Shown: positions 49,311 through 59,365 of the stretch, piece by piece
Layout: each line of letters begins with the position of its first letter
Position numbering within the stretch: the first letter of the stretch is position 1
Source of the DNA: an uncultured bacterium
GTDB lineage: Bacteria; Fidelibacterota; Marinisomatia; Marinisomatales; UBA1611
Length of the DNA: 64,000 nucleotides
Assembly: GCA_965660855.1 (NCBI GenBank)
Contig: CBFIBM010000008.1
Span: forward strand, 1 to 64,000
Direction of reading: 5' to 3'
Program-made: the position numbers and the translations under genes
Notes under the pieces: model-generated
The model's database searches: none
What the model saw: only the letters and a program-made list of their open reading frames with translations
Told to the model about the DNA's origin: nothing

Positions 49311-50125
49311 TATATTTCTTCATCTAAAAAATCAACAGCAAATGAAGGGTAAGCAATACCGTAACGAAAATAATTAGTTATCCTTAATATAAAAAAAAGA
49401 AAAAATAATGGGAGAATAAACCAAGGAGCTCTTACACATAAAAACATAGCGAAAGTAAAAAGTGGATAGAATCTTGCTCTTTGCAAATGTCTTACATGCC
49501 TAGGCCATAAAAGAGCAATTAAAGCATAAGGTGAAGAAACCATTCCTGCCGTGCTTATTATTGGATCATCAAATATTATTCCTAAAGCGACCGCTAGTAG
49601 CATAATAAGTAATGAAGTAAATAGGTAAATCTGTTTATTTTCCCAATTTAAGACATCCCAGGTACCATTATCTATATTAAGGAGTAATTTAAATTGAAAA
49701 ATTAAAATACAGGATACAAGAGCTAGATAATATGGAAATAAAAGAAATATATCATTGAACGTTGTACTGAAATTTACATATCCAAAAAACATGAGCATGA
49801 AACCTATGATACTATGATGTATAATTTCCTTTAAATTCAAAATTTTACTTCCAAGGCTCCATTTCTTGTGATGGAATAAGTATAAAATAAAAAATATGCT
49901 TGTTAATATTAGTTTTAAGCTGCCCTCGATCCAAGTAGACCAATCCCAGTATGTGTACCTGTCATAGGAATGTGTATTTACCACAACTCCTGATACCACA
50001 ATTGTCCAAATTGAAAATAAATGAATAAGACCTAGCCTATCAAAAATTTCACCAATATCAATAAAATAAGGTTTTATTTTTTTGTAAAAACTAGATTTTT
50101 TTGTAAATATCTTTTCTATTAACAT
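49310..50125 (-). CDS. Hypothetical multi-pass membrane protein
   Basis: About 7-8 hydrophobic segments; translationally coupled to the GGR-family gene. Confidence 0.8.
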   Translation of the reverse strand: MLIEKIFTKKSSFYKKIKPYFIDIGEIFDRLGLIHLFSIWTIVVSGVVVNTHSYDRYTYWDWSTWIEGSLKLILTSIFFILYLFHHKKWSLGSKILNLKEIIHHSIIGFMLMFFGYVNFSTTFNDIFLLFPYYLALVSCILIFQFKLLLNIDNGTWDVLNWENKQIYLFTSLLIMLLAVALGIIFDDPIISTAGMVSSPYALIALLWPRHVRHLQRARFYPLFTFAMFLCVRAPWFILPLFFLFFILRITNYFRYGIAYPSFAVDFLDEEI

Positions 50126-50126
50126 C

Positions 50127-51500
50127 CTAACCTAAAATGGCATTTCCTGTTAATTCTAAAATAATCTCATTGATTAAAATAAAACCTATTAAAATTGCAG
50201 AGATAATAAAAAATATTTTAAACATCAAGACGTCCTTATTAAAACTAAAAATCTTTTGTCCTAGCTCTTTAACAAAAGACTTTACAGTCCATTCTTTTAA
50301 AATAAACAACGCTGTAAATAGTCCACCAATAGGTAACATATATTTAGATGATAGCTCATCCATAAAATCAAAAAATGTCTTTCCCATCCACCCTGTTAAA
50401 TTAACACCCCCTCCCATAGATAAAGAGCAAAAAACACCCACAATTGTAATAATAATACCAAAGCCAATTGTGGACTTTTTTCTAGACCAGCCTTTTTGAT
50501 CAATAGTGTAGGCTGTTACAACCTCTAAAATTGAAATAGCTGAAGTGAGTGCAGCCATAAATAGAAGAGTGAAGAAAAGTGTACTCCATACAATTCCGTA
50601 TGTTAATTGTGGAAAGATTGAAGGTAAAACAAAGAATATAAGACCTGGACCACCTGCTGGGTCAGCATTTAAAGCAAAGACTGTTGAAAAGATCGCAACT
50701 CCTGCAAGCAATGCTATAAATGTATCTAAAAAAATAACCCATAAAGCCGACTTAATTAAATTTTGTTTTTTATTTAAATAGCTACCATAGGTTATCATGG
50801 TTCCCATACCAAGACTTAGAGTGAAAAAAGAGTGACCAAGTGCCAAAACAATTGACGATGCAGTTAGGTCAGAGAATCTAGGAAAGAATAAAAATTTAAG
50901 CCCCTCTGTTCCACCAGGCATCAACAAACCTTTAATTGCTAATACAAACAGTAATAAGATTATAATTGGCATTAAAATTTTAGACCAGGTTTCAATACCT
51001 TCCTTTATTCCATTAACAATAACATAAATACATAATGACATGAATACTACTTGGAAAAATATTGGAGACCAAGTTGACTGAATAAAATTTGTAAAAAGAG
51101 TTGATGCAGCATCCGTATTCCCATCTAGTGGACTAAATCCACCGGAAATAGATATAGTAATATATTTTAAGATCCATCCACCAACCACACCATAAAATGA
51201 TAAAATAACAAATGCTGAGCCAACACCTAAAAACCCTGCATATTTCCATTTTGTTTTAGGTGCTAAAACACTAAATGCACCAACAGGACTTAATTGTGTT
51301 TTTCTTCCAATTGCGAATTCAGCAACTATTAAGCTTAGACCAATTATTAGTATAAATAACAGGTAAATAAATGTAAAAGCTGCTCCTCCATTTTGACCAG
51401 CAATATGAGGGAATTTCCATATATTTCCAATACCAACCGCTGAACCTGAAGCCGCTAAAATAAAACCTAATTTAGAGCCCCATTCTTCTCTATTTTTCAT
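50127..51500 (-). CDS. Sodium-dependent transporter (NSS/SNF family)
   Basis: REEW.SKLGFILA..GSAVGIGNIWKFP, NGGAAF, FFTLSLGMG.MITYGSY, GPGL.F. Confidence 0.96.
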   Translation of the reverse strand: MKNREEWGSKLGFILAASGSAVGIGNIWKFPHIAGQNGGAAFTFIYLLFILIIGLSLIVAEFAIGRKTQLSPVGAFSVLAPKTKWKYAGFLGVGSAFVILSFYGVVGGWILKYITISISGGFSPLDGNTDAASTLFTNFIQSTWSPIFFQVVFMSLCIYVIVNGIKEGIETWSKILMPIIILLLFVLAIKGLLMPGGTEGLKFLFFPRFSDLTASSIVLALGHSFFTLSLGMGTMITYGSYLNKKQNLIKSALWVIFLDTFIALLAGVAIFSTVFALNADPAGGPGLIFFVLPSIFPQLTYGIVWSTLFFTLLFMAALTSAISILEVVTAYTIDQKGWSRKKSTIGFGIIITIVGVFCSLSMGGGVNLTGWMGKTFFDFMDELSSKYMLPIGGLFTALFILKEWTVKSFVKELGQKIFSFNKDVLMFKIFFIISAILIGFILINEIILELTGNAILG

Positions 51501-51942
51501 CAGTATTTTCCTTATTTATTTTTGCAGGATTTTCAATTGAATTATTCATAACCTCATTAAAATCAATAAAATGTTTATCCACTATAGAATCTAGCATGGA
51601 GTAAAAATATATAATACCAACCCACCATGCATATTTATTTCTTTTTTCAAGATATCTATTTTTTCTTAAATCGTATTGATCAGGATTAGAATCATAATCT
51701 TTATATTTGGAAGAATTTAATAACCAATAATTAATTGCTGCTAGTTCTGCTCCAATTAATATTATTGATTTGACTATTTTTTTATTTTTTATTTGGCCTA
51801 ATCCGGGAATCAAATAATATGGAATATTTTTAGTTTTTTTTTCATTTGAGTCTACTTTTTTTGCAACCAAAAAATTACATGTTACAATAAATAAAATTAA
51901 GTAAAGTTTCAAAAAATTAATTCCTAAAGAGTTGCAATACAA
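51490..51942 (-). CDS. Hypothetical exported/membrane protein (DUF5683-like)
   Basis: LIPGLGQ.KNKK..K and Y.YSMLDS.VD.H patterns; start may be downstream of the track start. Confidence 0.7.
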   Translation of the reverse strand: MYCNSLGINFLKLYLILFIVTCNFLVAKKVDSNEKKTKNIPYYLIPGLGQIKNKKIVKSIILIGAELAAINYWLLNSSKYKDYDSNPDQYDLRKNRYLEKRNKYAWWVGIIYFYSMLDSIVDKHFIDFNEVMNNSIENPAKINKENTDEK

Positions 51943-52304
51943 TCTATCTCAATTAGTGCACCTAAAGGTAAGGCTGATACTTCGATAGTTGTTCTAGCTG
52001 GATATTCATAATTTTTAAAAAACAACTTAAATGCATCATTTACATCATTGAATTTTTTAAGGTCTGTTACAAAAACATTTAGCTTCAAAATTGAACTTTT
52101 ATCGAGACCTACTTCTTTTAAGATTAAATATATATTATCTAATACTTTCAATGCCTGCTCTTTCATACCTCCATTGATCAATTCTAATTTCTCTGCATCA
52201 ATTGCTATTTGTCCACTTGTGAATAATAATTTTCCCTCTACAACTGCGGTGCTATAAGGTCCAATAGCATCAGGTAAATTTTTAGAAGTTATATTTTTTT
52301 TCAT
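51924..52304 (-). CDS. ridA: RidA/YjgF enamine deaminase
   Basis: PDAIGPYS, TSGQI, PART, LP..ALIEIDCIA. Confidence 0.95.
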   Translation of the reverse strand: MKKNITSKNLPDAIGPYSTAVVEGKLLFTSGQIAIDAEKLELINGGMKEQALKVLDNIYLILKEVGLDKSSILKLNVFVTDLKKFNDVNDAFKLFFKNYEYPARTTIEVSALPLGALIEIDCIATL

Positions 52305-52309
52305 TTTTA

Positions 52310-52741
52310 TTAAAATTTATTTTCCAGAACTATACAAGGAAGCCCAATATCATCATTTAGTTTCCTATAAGCTTCATTATCAATTTTTTTAAGAAAAAAC
52401 TCACCTACTGCAGCTACAGTTGTTTCAAAAAGATGACCTCCATATGTATTCATATCGTGATCACTCAAAACAACATGTGCGTGAGGAAAAGGAGCATCAT
52501 TATTCAAGGTAATATTTCCCTCAAAACTTACTAACTCAAGAATATTGTCAAATTTCTTTTTTATATATTGTTTTTTTAAAATATCATAAGCTCCGATCTC
52601 GGTATTTTTAACTGCACCTATGCCAGAAATTTTTGCATTACTTATATTATTTTTTATGCAAAACTGTGTAAATGTTTCCATGATCTTTTCATTTTTTTCA
52701 ATATAAATGAAGTAATCATCATTTATTTGTTTGTATTGCAT
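52310..52741 (-). CDS. PPC/DUF296 domain protein
   Basis: GIGAV, ELVSFEGNI, HAH, GGHL. Confidence 0.9.
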   Translation of the reverse strand: MQYKQINDDYFIYIEKNEKIMETFTQFCIKNNISNAKISGIGAVKNTEIGAYDILKKQYIKKKFDNILELVSFEGNITLNNDAPFPHAHVVLSDHDMNTYGGHLFETTVAAVGEFFLKKIDNEAYRKLNDDIGLPCIVLENKF

Positions 52742-52745
52742 TTAT

Positions 52746-55313
52746 CTATCCTTTTAATTTTTTGAGCACAAGCTTTTCTGTTTCATCTATAATCTTTTTC
52801 ATGTTTAAACCTTTTTTACCCCCAGCCGTAGCCAGATGGGACTTTCCGCCTCCTCCTCCTCCCATAAAGCCACCAATATCTTTTGCTAATTTTCCAGCGA
52901 TTATACCAATTTTATTTAAATCTTCGCTTACTATTACGACAGCTGAAGTTTTGTCTAGTTCTTGATTAAAGACAACTGCTATACCACTCCTTAATTTTCC
53001 ATAGATTTGGTCACCAATAGTTCTAAGGTCGATTTGACTACTTTCTAAGTTTTCAATTAGAAAACTATGGTCCCCTACCTTCTTAAATTTATCTGAAAAA
53101 TTAAACGAATGATTTTTATTAATATTTTGTTTTAATTCTTTTTCTAACTTCTTTTTTTCGCTTAATAAATCATCAATTCTAGAAATAATTTTATTTGGAG
53201 CAATATTTAATAAATTTTGAATTTTATTAATTATTAAATCATTCTTTTGCATTCTGTGGATTGATTTATTACCAGTGACAGCAACCATTCTTCTTACACC
53301 ACTTGATAATGATGATTCTTCGATAATTTTAAAAGATCCTATATCTCCGGTTCTTTTGACATGGGTTCCCCCACACAGCTCCATGGAGAAGTCTCCTACT
53401 TGAACTACACGTACTTCTTCATCATATTTTTCTCCAAAAAGTGCTTCAGCTCCATCTTTTTTTGCATCTTTAAAACTTTTTAATGAAAATAATAATTCAT
53501 GATTTTCTAAAATTTCATAATTAACTAAATTTTCAATTTCTATTATTTCATCAATTGTTACTTTATTAAAATGTGTAAGATCAAATCTTAAATAATCAGA
53601 TTCAACGAGTGAACCAGCTTGATTAACATGATCTCCTAAAACAATCTTAAGTGCTTTGTGAAGTAGATGAGTAGCTGTATGATTTCTTTTAAGCTTTGAT
53701 CTCTTTTTAGAGTCTACTTCGCATTTAACTTTTGAAGGTTTAATGAAATCTCCTTCACAAACATGTATAATCGAGTTATTATCCTTTATAACATTAATTA
53801 CATCTAACTGAAAACCCTGACCAGAAATAATACCTATATCACCAACTTGCCCCCCAGATTCTGCATAAAAAGGTGTTTTATCTAGGATGAGTAAAATTGA
53901 ATCACCTGTTTTGGTATAACGCATAATATTTGATACAGACTCTAATGTATCATAACCAAGAAAGATAGAATCTTTATCATCACTTAAAACTTCCCAATTT
54001 AAATTTTCTTTTTGAACTTTAAATTTTCCAGATTTTTTTGCTTTTAGCTTTTGAGCACTCATTAGATTTTCAAATGCAATTAAATCTATTTCAAGATTCC
54101 TTTCTTTGGCTAATAACTGAGTTAAATCTATAGGAAACCCATACGTATCATATAGCTTAAAGCTCTCATCTCCAGAAATGATTTGAACCTTTTTATTAGA
54201 AATAATTTTCTCAAAATGAATAAGACCTCTATCTAACGTTTTATTAAAAGATAATTCTTCAGACTTGATTACTTTTTGAATATAATTTTGTTTTTCTAAA
54301 ACTTCAGGGTATATATCTCCCATTAATTCTCCAATTATTGGGACAAGTTTAAATAAAAATGGATCTTTTAGATCAATTTTCCTTCCAAATCTTGAAGCTC
54401 TTCTTAATATTCTTCTAAGAACATAACCTCTCCCATCGTTTGATGGGATTGCACCATCAGCAATTGAAAAGCAGAGCATCCTTATATGATCCGCAATAAC
54501 ATTATGAGGAATAGGATTTTTTTTATAGGATTTTTTGGATATTTCTGAAAGCTTTTTAATTATAGGTTTGAATAAGTCCGTATCATAATTACTTTTTTTA
54601 CCTTGTAAAACTGCAGCTATACGTTCTAAACCTGCTCCAGTATCAATGTGTTTATTAGGAAGTGGACTTAGTGAACCATCTTTCAAACGATTATTTTGAA
54701 TAAAAACAAGATTCCAAAGCTCCCAGTATTCATCAGACTCATTAACTCCTGAAGCTTTTTGATTTTTTAGATCATCACCAACATAATAGTGTATCTCGGA
54801 GCAAGGACCGCAAGGTCCAGTATCTCCCATCTCCCAAAAGTTGTCCTTTTTACCCGATTTTAAAACCCTAGTATTGCTAATGTCTGTTTCTGATTTCCAT
54901 AAATTATAGGATTCAATATCTTCTTCATAAACAGTGACCCAGAGTCTACGCTTATCTAGTTTCCATTCTTTAGTAAATAATTCCCATGACCACTTAATTG
55001 CATCCTTTTTGTAATAATCACCAAAAGACCAATTACCAAGCATTTCAAAAAAGGTATGGTGAAATGAGTCTATACCAACTTCTTCTAAGTCATTATGTTT
55101 TCCTGATACTCTTATACACTTTTGACTATTTACAACTCGTTTATTCTCAGTTTTTAATTCATCTAGAAAAATTGGTTTAAATTGATTCATACCTGCATTA
55201 GTAAATAATAAGCTAGGATCATCTAATGGAACAACCGAAGAACTAGGAATATTTTTATGGTATCTATTTTGAAAAAATTGAATAAAAGTCTGTCTTATTT
55301 TTTTTGAGTTCAT
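52746..55313 (-). CDS. alaS: Alanine--tRNA ligase
   Basis: LLFTNAGMNQFK, HHTFFEMLGNWSFGDY, GPCGPCSEI, HTATH, ELCGGTH, GGGGGK; ATG at 55313. Confidence 0.99.
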   Translation of the reverse strand: MNSKKIRQTFIQFFQNRYHKNIPSSSVVPLDDPSLLFTNAGMNQFKPIFLDELKTENKRVVNSQKCIRVSGKHNDLEEVGIDSFHHTFFEMLGNWSFGDYYKKDAIKWSWELFTKEWKLDKRRLWVTVYEEDIESYNLWKSETDISNTRVLKSGKKDNFWEMGDTGPCGPCSEIHYYVGDDLKNQKASGVNESDEYWELWNLVFIQNNRLKDGSLSPLPNKHIDTGAGLERIAAVLQGKKSNYDTDLFKPIIKKLSEISKKSYKKNPIPHNVIADHIRMLCFSIADGAIPSNDGRGYVLRRILRRASRFGRKIDLKDPFLFKLVPIIGELMGDIYPEVLEKQNYIQKVIKSEELSFNKTLDRGLIHFEKIISNKKVQIISGDESFKLYDTYGFPIDLTQLLAKERNLEIDLIAFENLMSAQKLKAKKSGKFKVQKENLNWEVLSDDKDSIFLGYDTLESVSNIMRYTKTGDSILLILDKTPFYAESGGQVGDIGIISGQGFQLDVINVIKDNNSIIHVCEGDFIKPSKVKCEVDSKKRSKLKRNHTATHLLHKALKIVLGDHVNQAGSLVESDYLRFDLTHFNKVTIDEIIEIENLVNYEILENHELLFSLKSFKDAKKDGAEALFGEKYDEEVRVVQVGDFSMELCGGTHVKRTGDIGSFKIIEESSLSSGVRRMVAVTGNKSIHRMQKNDLIINKIQNLLNIAPNKIISRIDDLLSEKKKLEKELKQNINKNHSFNFSDKFKKVGDHSFLIENLESSQIDLRTIGDQIYGKLRSGIAVVFNQELDKTSAVVIVSEDLNKIGIIAGKLAKDIGGFMGGGGGGKSHLATAGGKKGLNMKKIIDETEKLVLKKLKG

Positions 55314-55314
55314 T

Positions 55315-56901
55315 TTAAAATGTAAAACTTGTTTCAATGCTAGTCATATTATTCATTTCACCTGAATCAGAGACATCACCATCTCCGTTTAAATCATTGA
55401 ATGTTCTTCGGAAAACATAGGTGAGTAGCATACCATTACCTAAGTTTAGCCCAATATTATAACCCATGATAGTACTTTCAGAATATTCAAATTCAAAAGG
55501 GTTTGGGACATTTCGTTGTTGATAAAACCATGTTGCTTTCTGTATTTTGCTTATGGATTTCTTTAACCCTAGAATTGTGGTAAAACTTTTATTTGTTTCA
55601 GTTTCAAATTTATTCTCAACAGAATCATATTGTTGACCATTGAGATTTTGAAAGGATAACCTAGCATCAACTAACGAACCTAAGTCCAAATTCAGTGAAG
55701 CGAAAAATCCATTTTGTTTACCATATGTTCCTAACTTTTTTGCTTTTGTAACAATCTTACCTTGATTGCCATTTATACTTTGAAAAATTGCTCTTTCTAT
55801 TTCATATGATCGATCGAAATAACCAAATTCAAAATTTCCATTAGGAACCATTCTAAACTCAAAATTTAACTTTGCAATGCCTAATCTTGCAGAAATCCCA
55901 AATGGTATTATTCCATATCCAGCATCTATTTCTTTATCGTTAATAGGGTCAGTTGTTTTACCTAGAAGTGCTGCATATTGCGAATAGGCATTAATATTGA
56001 CTCCAGATTCAGAGTATATAGGAAATCCTATATCAACAGCAAAAGCATTAAATGATTCTTTTTCTTTATTAATATTTATAGGATTAGGCTTTCGAATGAT
56101 ACTAGTATCTAAAATTACGATAGTATCTAAATTCCAACCTGGAATTTTGTTACTCAAAGTATCTGTTATACCGTCTCCATCGATATCCCATTCTTCTTCT
56201 TCATCATCTGCTAAACCATCACCATCAGTATCTACCTGCCATTTTTTATTGTTTGGAAAGTCATCTACCAAATCAGGAGCACCATCATTATCCGTATCCT
56301 TTAACCCTAAATATTGATTTCTGTCTCCAACCCATGAAAAACCTAAATTAAAATTATATGAAACTGGAGCAGATGCGCGAAATCCAGTTAATCCAAAATT
56401 TTCCTTGAAGTCATTTGTAAAACCATGAATATTTACCCCGAATAGATAAGATTTAAATTCCATTCCAACTTTTCTATCTTGTGGGTAAAGTAAAGTGTTG
56501 GAGTAATTATTTAAAAGAATACCATAGCCCATAATTACATTATTAAGTGCACCTATTTGAAAATAGTTTTTCTGCCATTTATTTCCGTACCGTACATAAT
56601 AAATTTTATCCACTAGTGTATTCTTAACATCATTTCCTGATGAAAAATTCCAATCATCATCATGTATATTTCCATCTTGGTCAATATAAAGTACCAAATC
56701 AAAAGCCACAGATAACTTTCCAAATGGGATAATTGGGCGTAATGCGATTTGATTCCAGATTTTCCCGTCAATGGTAACTGCACCAAATGCACCTTCTAGC
56801 GATTTTTGATTTGAAATATTATTATCAACTATATCATTATCTTGGCTAGAAAGTGAAGAAAAAAGAAAGAATAAGAGAAATAGATTAGATTTAAAATACA
56901 T
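55315..56901 (-). CDS. Predicted outer-membrane beta-barrel with Asp-rich Ca-binding loop (paralog of 9008-11287 without FecR)
   Basis: Signal peptide; NQIALRP, DLVLYID, DKI.Y..YGNK, LNNYSN shared with 9008-11287; DTDNDGAPD/DTDGDG; ends IETSFTF. Confidence 0.8.
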   Translation of the reverse strand: MYFKSNLFLLFFLFSSLSSQDNDIVDNNISNQKSLEGAFGAVTIDGKIWNQIALRPIIPFGKLSVAFDLVLYIDQDGNIHDDDWNFSSGNDVKNTLVDKIYYVRYGNKWQKNYFQIGALNNVIMGYGILLNNYSNTLLYPQDRKVGMEFKSYLFGVNIHGFTNDFKENFGLTGFRASAPVSYNFNLGFSWVGDRNQYLGLKDTDNDGAPDLVDDFPNNKKWQVDTDGDGLADDEEEEWDIDGDGITDTLSNKIPGWNLDTIVILDTSIIRKPNPININKEKESFNAFAVDIGFPIYSESGVNINAYSQYAALLGKTTDPINDKEIDAGYGIIPFGISARLGIAKLNFEFRMVPNGNFEFGYFDRSYEIERAIFQSINGNQGKIVTKAKKLGTYGKQNGFFASLNLDLGSLVDARLSFQNLNGQQYDSVENKFETETNKSFTTILGLKKSISKIQKATWFYQQRNVPNPFEFEYSESTIMGYNIGLNLGNGMLLTYVFRRTFNDLNGDGDVSDSGEMNNMTSIETSFTF

Positions 56902-57015
56902 TTTTCATCAGATTTATATTGATAAAATTAGTATTCAGCTAGAAATTGAACAATGGGTAAATAAGATTCAATTTACTATTATGATAAATTTAATTTGAGA
57001 ACAAAAAAAATAAGT

Positions 57016-57617
57016 ATGAAAAAGAGTATAATATCTATCCTTTTTTTTTATCTAATATACTTCAAGGAGAAAAAGCTCGCTTGGATGATATCTCCATAAG
57101 CTCAAAAAAGAATGGTATTATAGTGGAGTTTATTTGTACTTCAAGTATCCAAGAAAAAAATATAACAGGTTGGCAATCTAATTCTGGATGGTTTTATATC
57201 ACTCTTTATAACTTTGATGGTGATTCCACAAAATTTTATCCAAAAAATATACCAGAGGAAATTTCAAAATTTCAAATTATCAAGTTAGATGATTCTATTC
57301 AAATCGGCTTAAGAACATTTAACAAAATTGATTATATCGAATATCAAACAAAAAAAGAGAAAAACAGTGTTATTGCTACATTGCATTATTCAAAAGACAT
57401 ACTCGCTCATGAGTTAAAAAATCATCCATCTATGAAATATACATACAATAAGAGAAAATTTGACGGTGTCAAAAAATGGCTTTATCTAACAGGTTTCTCT
57501 ATTATAACCTCTAGCTTATTACATAATAATAGTGATAGCAGAAAGAATATTCAATTGACTACCGGTTCTGGAATAATTGCCATAACAGCAATTTTAGACC
57601 TAATTGGTTTTTTTTAA
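57016..57617 (+). CDS. Hypothetical exported/membrane protein with an apparent frameshift in a T9 run
   Basis: ATG 57016 joins the 57081 ORF only if T9 (57041-57049) is read as T10, giving MKKSIISILFFLSNILQG-EKARLDD; two C-terminal hydrophobic segments. Confidence 0.7.
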
Positions 57618-57733
57618 TGAAAGAATCTATTATATACTTTTCTTTATTTTGGGTAATTGGATTTATTTGTTTAGGCATTTATCTAAGATTTAAGTTTAAA
57701 AATCGATTTGATGAATTAAATGATAAATTATAA
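57617..57733 (+). CDS. 38-aa single-pass membrane protein (not in the ORF track)
   Basis: MKESIIYFSLFWVIGFICLGIYLRFKFKNRFDELNDKL; TAATG overlap with the upstream stop; overlaps the next gene start. Confidence 0.7.
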   Translation: MKESIIYFSLFWVIGFICLGIYLRFKFKNRFDELNDKL

Positions 57734-59363
57734 ATTTTTATTTCTTTTTATTTCATTGGTATTTTGTCATAATACATCTGTCAAGAAATCTTATGAATTA
57801 TTACTGGATTCGACATCTTTTAACCATGCGACAACAAGCATAACAAATATTTTAAGAAACGATCCTATCCATCTTTCAATCGATGAGATCGGAGAACTAT
57901 CTAAGTTCGGATTGGAATATTATGATGGATCCATAAAAGTGCTAAAGCCTACTTACTTAGATAACTCATATGAAACGGAACATTTTAAATTTCATTATAC
58001 ATTAGATGGAAATGATGCAGTAGCAGATATTGAATACGTACATTCTATGGGACGAATTTTTGAGCAGGTATGGAATTTTTTTATTGATACTTTAGAATAC
58101 ACGCCTCCTCCTGAAGTGGACCCACAAAATGAAAAATTATATAATATTTTTATCGAGAGGTTGCCTTCTTATTATTTTGGAATAACATATGTTGAAAATT
58201 ATAGTGAAAATAATTATTCATGCACAAGCTTTATAAAAATGCGTAATAATTATACAAGTTCCCAATTTAATAATAAAACAGAAATTGAAAATATAAAAGT
58301 AACTGCTGTCCATGAATTTTTTCACTCAATACAATTTGGATATAATTGTAATGAAGAATTATGGTTCATGGAAGCAACCGCTGTTTGGAGCGAAGATGAA
58401 CTCTTCGATGAGATAAATGATTTATATAGGTATATACCTTCATGGTTTTCCAATCCGCAAAAATCATTATCAGAAGAAAGTAATCATATGTATGGATCAT
58501 TTATTTTTTTCCAATATATTGATGAGCATTTAGGTGGTAGAAATACAATAAAAAGATGCTGGGAAAATTCTAAAGAATTAAGAAACGATCAATTTAATAA
58601 TCCTATTATAGCCATAGACAATGCATTAAAAGTTGAAAATTCCTCCATTGAAGAAGCGCATAGTCGAATGAGAGTTTCAAATATTATAATGACTGATAAT
58701 TCAAACTTAGATCATTATAACTATGAGGAGGCGAATAATTATAATGAATTAATAGGCGATCAATCGTTAGAAACCATAGTTTTTGAAAAAGGAAGCTTTG
58801 ATTACTTTCAATCTAATATTTCAAACGCACTTTCTTGCTCTTATTATCAGATTGCTACTGAAACTCCAATAATGATTGAATTTGAATCATCAAATGAATT
58901 TTTAAAACTAATTACTATTATCAAATTAAAAGATGAGGAAAGTTGGGATATTATTGATCAAAAAAACGTAAATATTGACCCGAATATTAATATAGAGTGG
59001 ATAAAACTTTTAGTCCCAAGGGGTAATGATAATGAGATTAATTCAGAGTACTTAATATCGATAAAAGATGGTGAGAATAAAGATTTTACATTTTATCCTC
59101 CATTCCCAAATCCATCGACTTTGAATGACGTGTTCTTCAAAATTCAAATTATAAAATCTCAAAATTTTCATTTAAAGATTTACGATTTACTAGGGAGGCA
59201 AATATTAAGTGAAAATTTTAAATCAACTGGTGGTGAGATTAAGAAAATAAATTGGAATAAATATGATGATGTTGGAAGGAAGGTAAGTAATGGAATTTAT
59301 TTTGTAGAACTTAAAGGCGAAAATAAAATAATAACTCACAAGACATTATTGTTTAACTATTAA
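57720..59363 (+). CDS. Secreted zinc metalloprotease (MXAN_6640-like) with T9SS/FlgD-like C-terminal domain
   Basis: HFKFHYT, TAVHEFFHSIQFGY, WFMEATAVW.ED; PFPNP..IYDLLGR..NGIYFV. Confidence 0.85.
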   Translation: MINYKFLFLFISLVFCHNTSVKKSYELLLDSTSFNHATTSITNILRNDPIHLSIDEIGELSKFGLEYYDGSIKVLKPTYLDNSYETEHFKFHYTLDGNDAVADIEYVHSMGRIFEQVWNFFIDTLEYTPPPEVDPQNEKLYNIFIERLPSYYFGITYVENYSENNYSCTSFIKMRNNYTSSQFNNKTEIENIKVTAVHEFFHSIQFGYNCNEELWFMEATAVWSEDELFDEINDLYRYIPSWFSNPQKSLSEESNHMYGSFIFFQYIDEHLGGRNTIKRCWENSKELRNDQFNNPIIAIDNALKVENSSIEEAHSRMRVSNIIMTDNSNLDHYNYEEANNYNELIGDQSLETIVFEKGSFDYFQSNISNALSCSYYQIATETPIMIEFESSNEFLKLITIIKLKDEESWDIIDQKNVNIDPNINIEWIKLLVPRGNDNEINSEYLISIKDGENKDFTFYPPFPNPSTLNDVFFKIQIIKSQNFHLKIYDLLGRQILSENFKSTGGEIKKINWNKYDDVGRKVSNGIYFVELKGENKIITHKTLLFNY

Positions 59364-59365
59364 GT

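Noticed and set aside
49310..50125. His-containing membrane protein as the missing haem domain of the NOX5-like protein
   Set aside because: It is 20 kb away, coupled to a different gene, and its His residues do not clearly show the paired intramembrane spacing of ferric-reductase domains.
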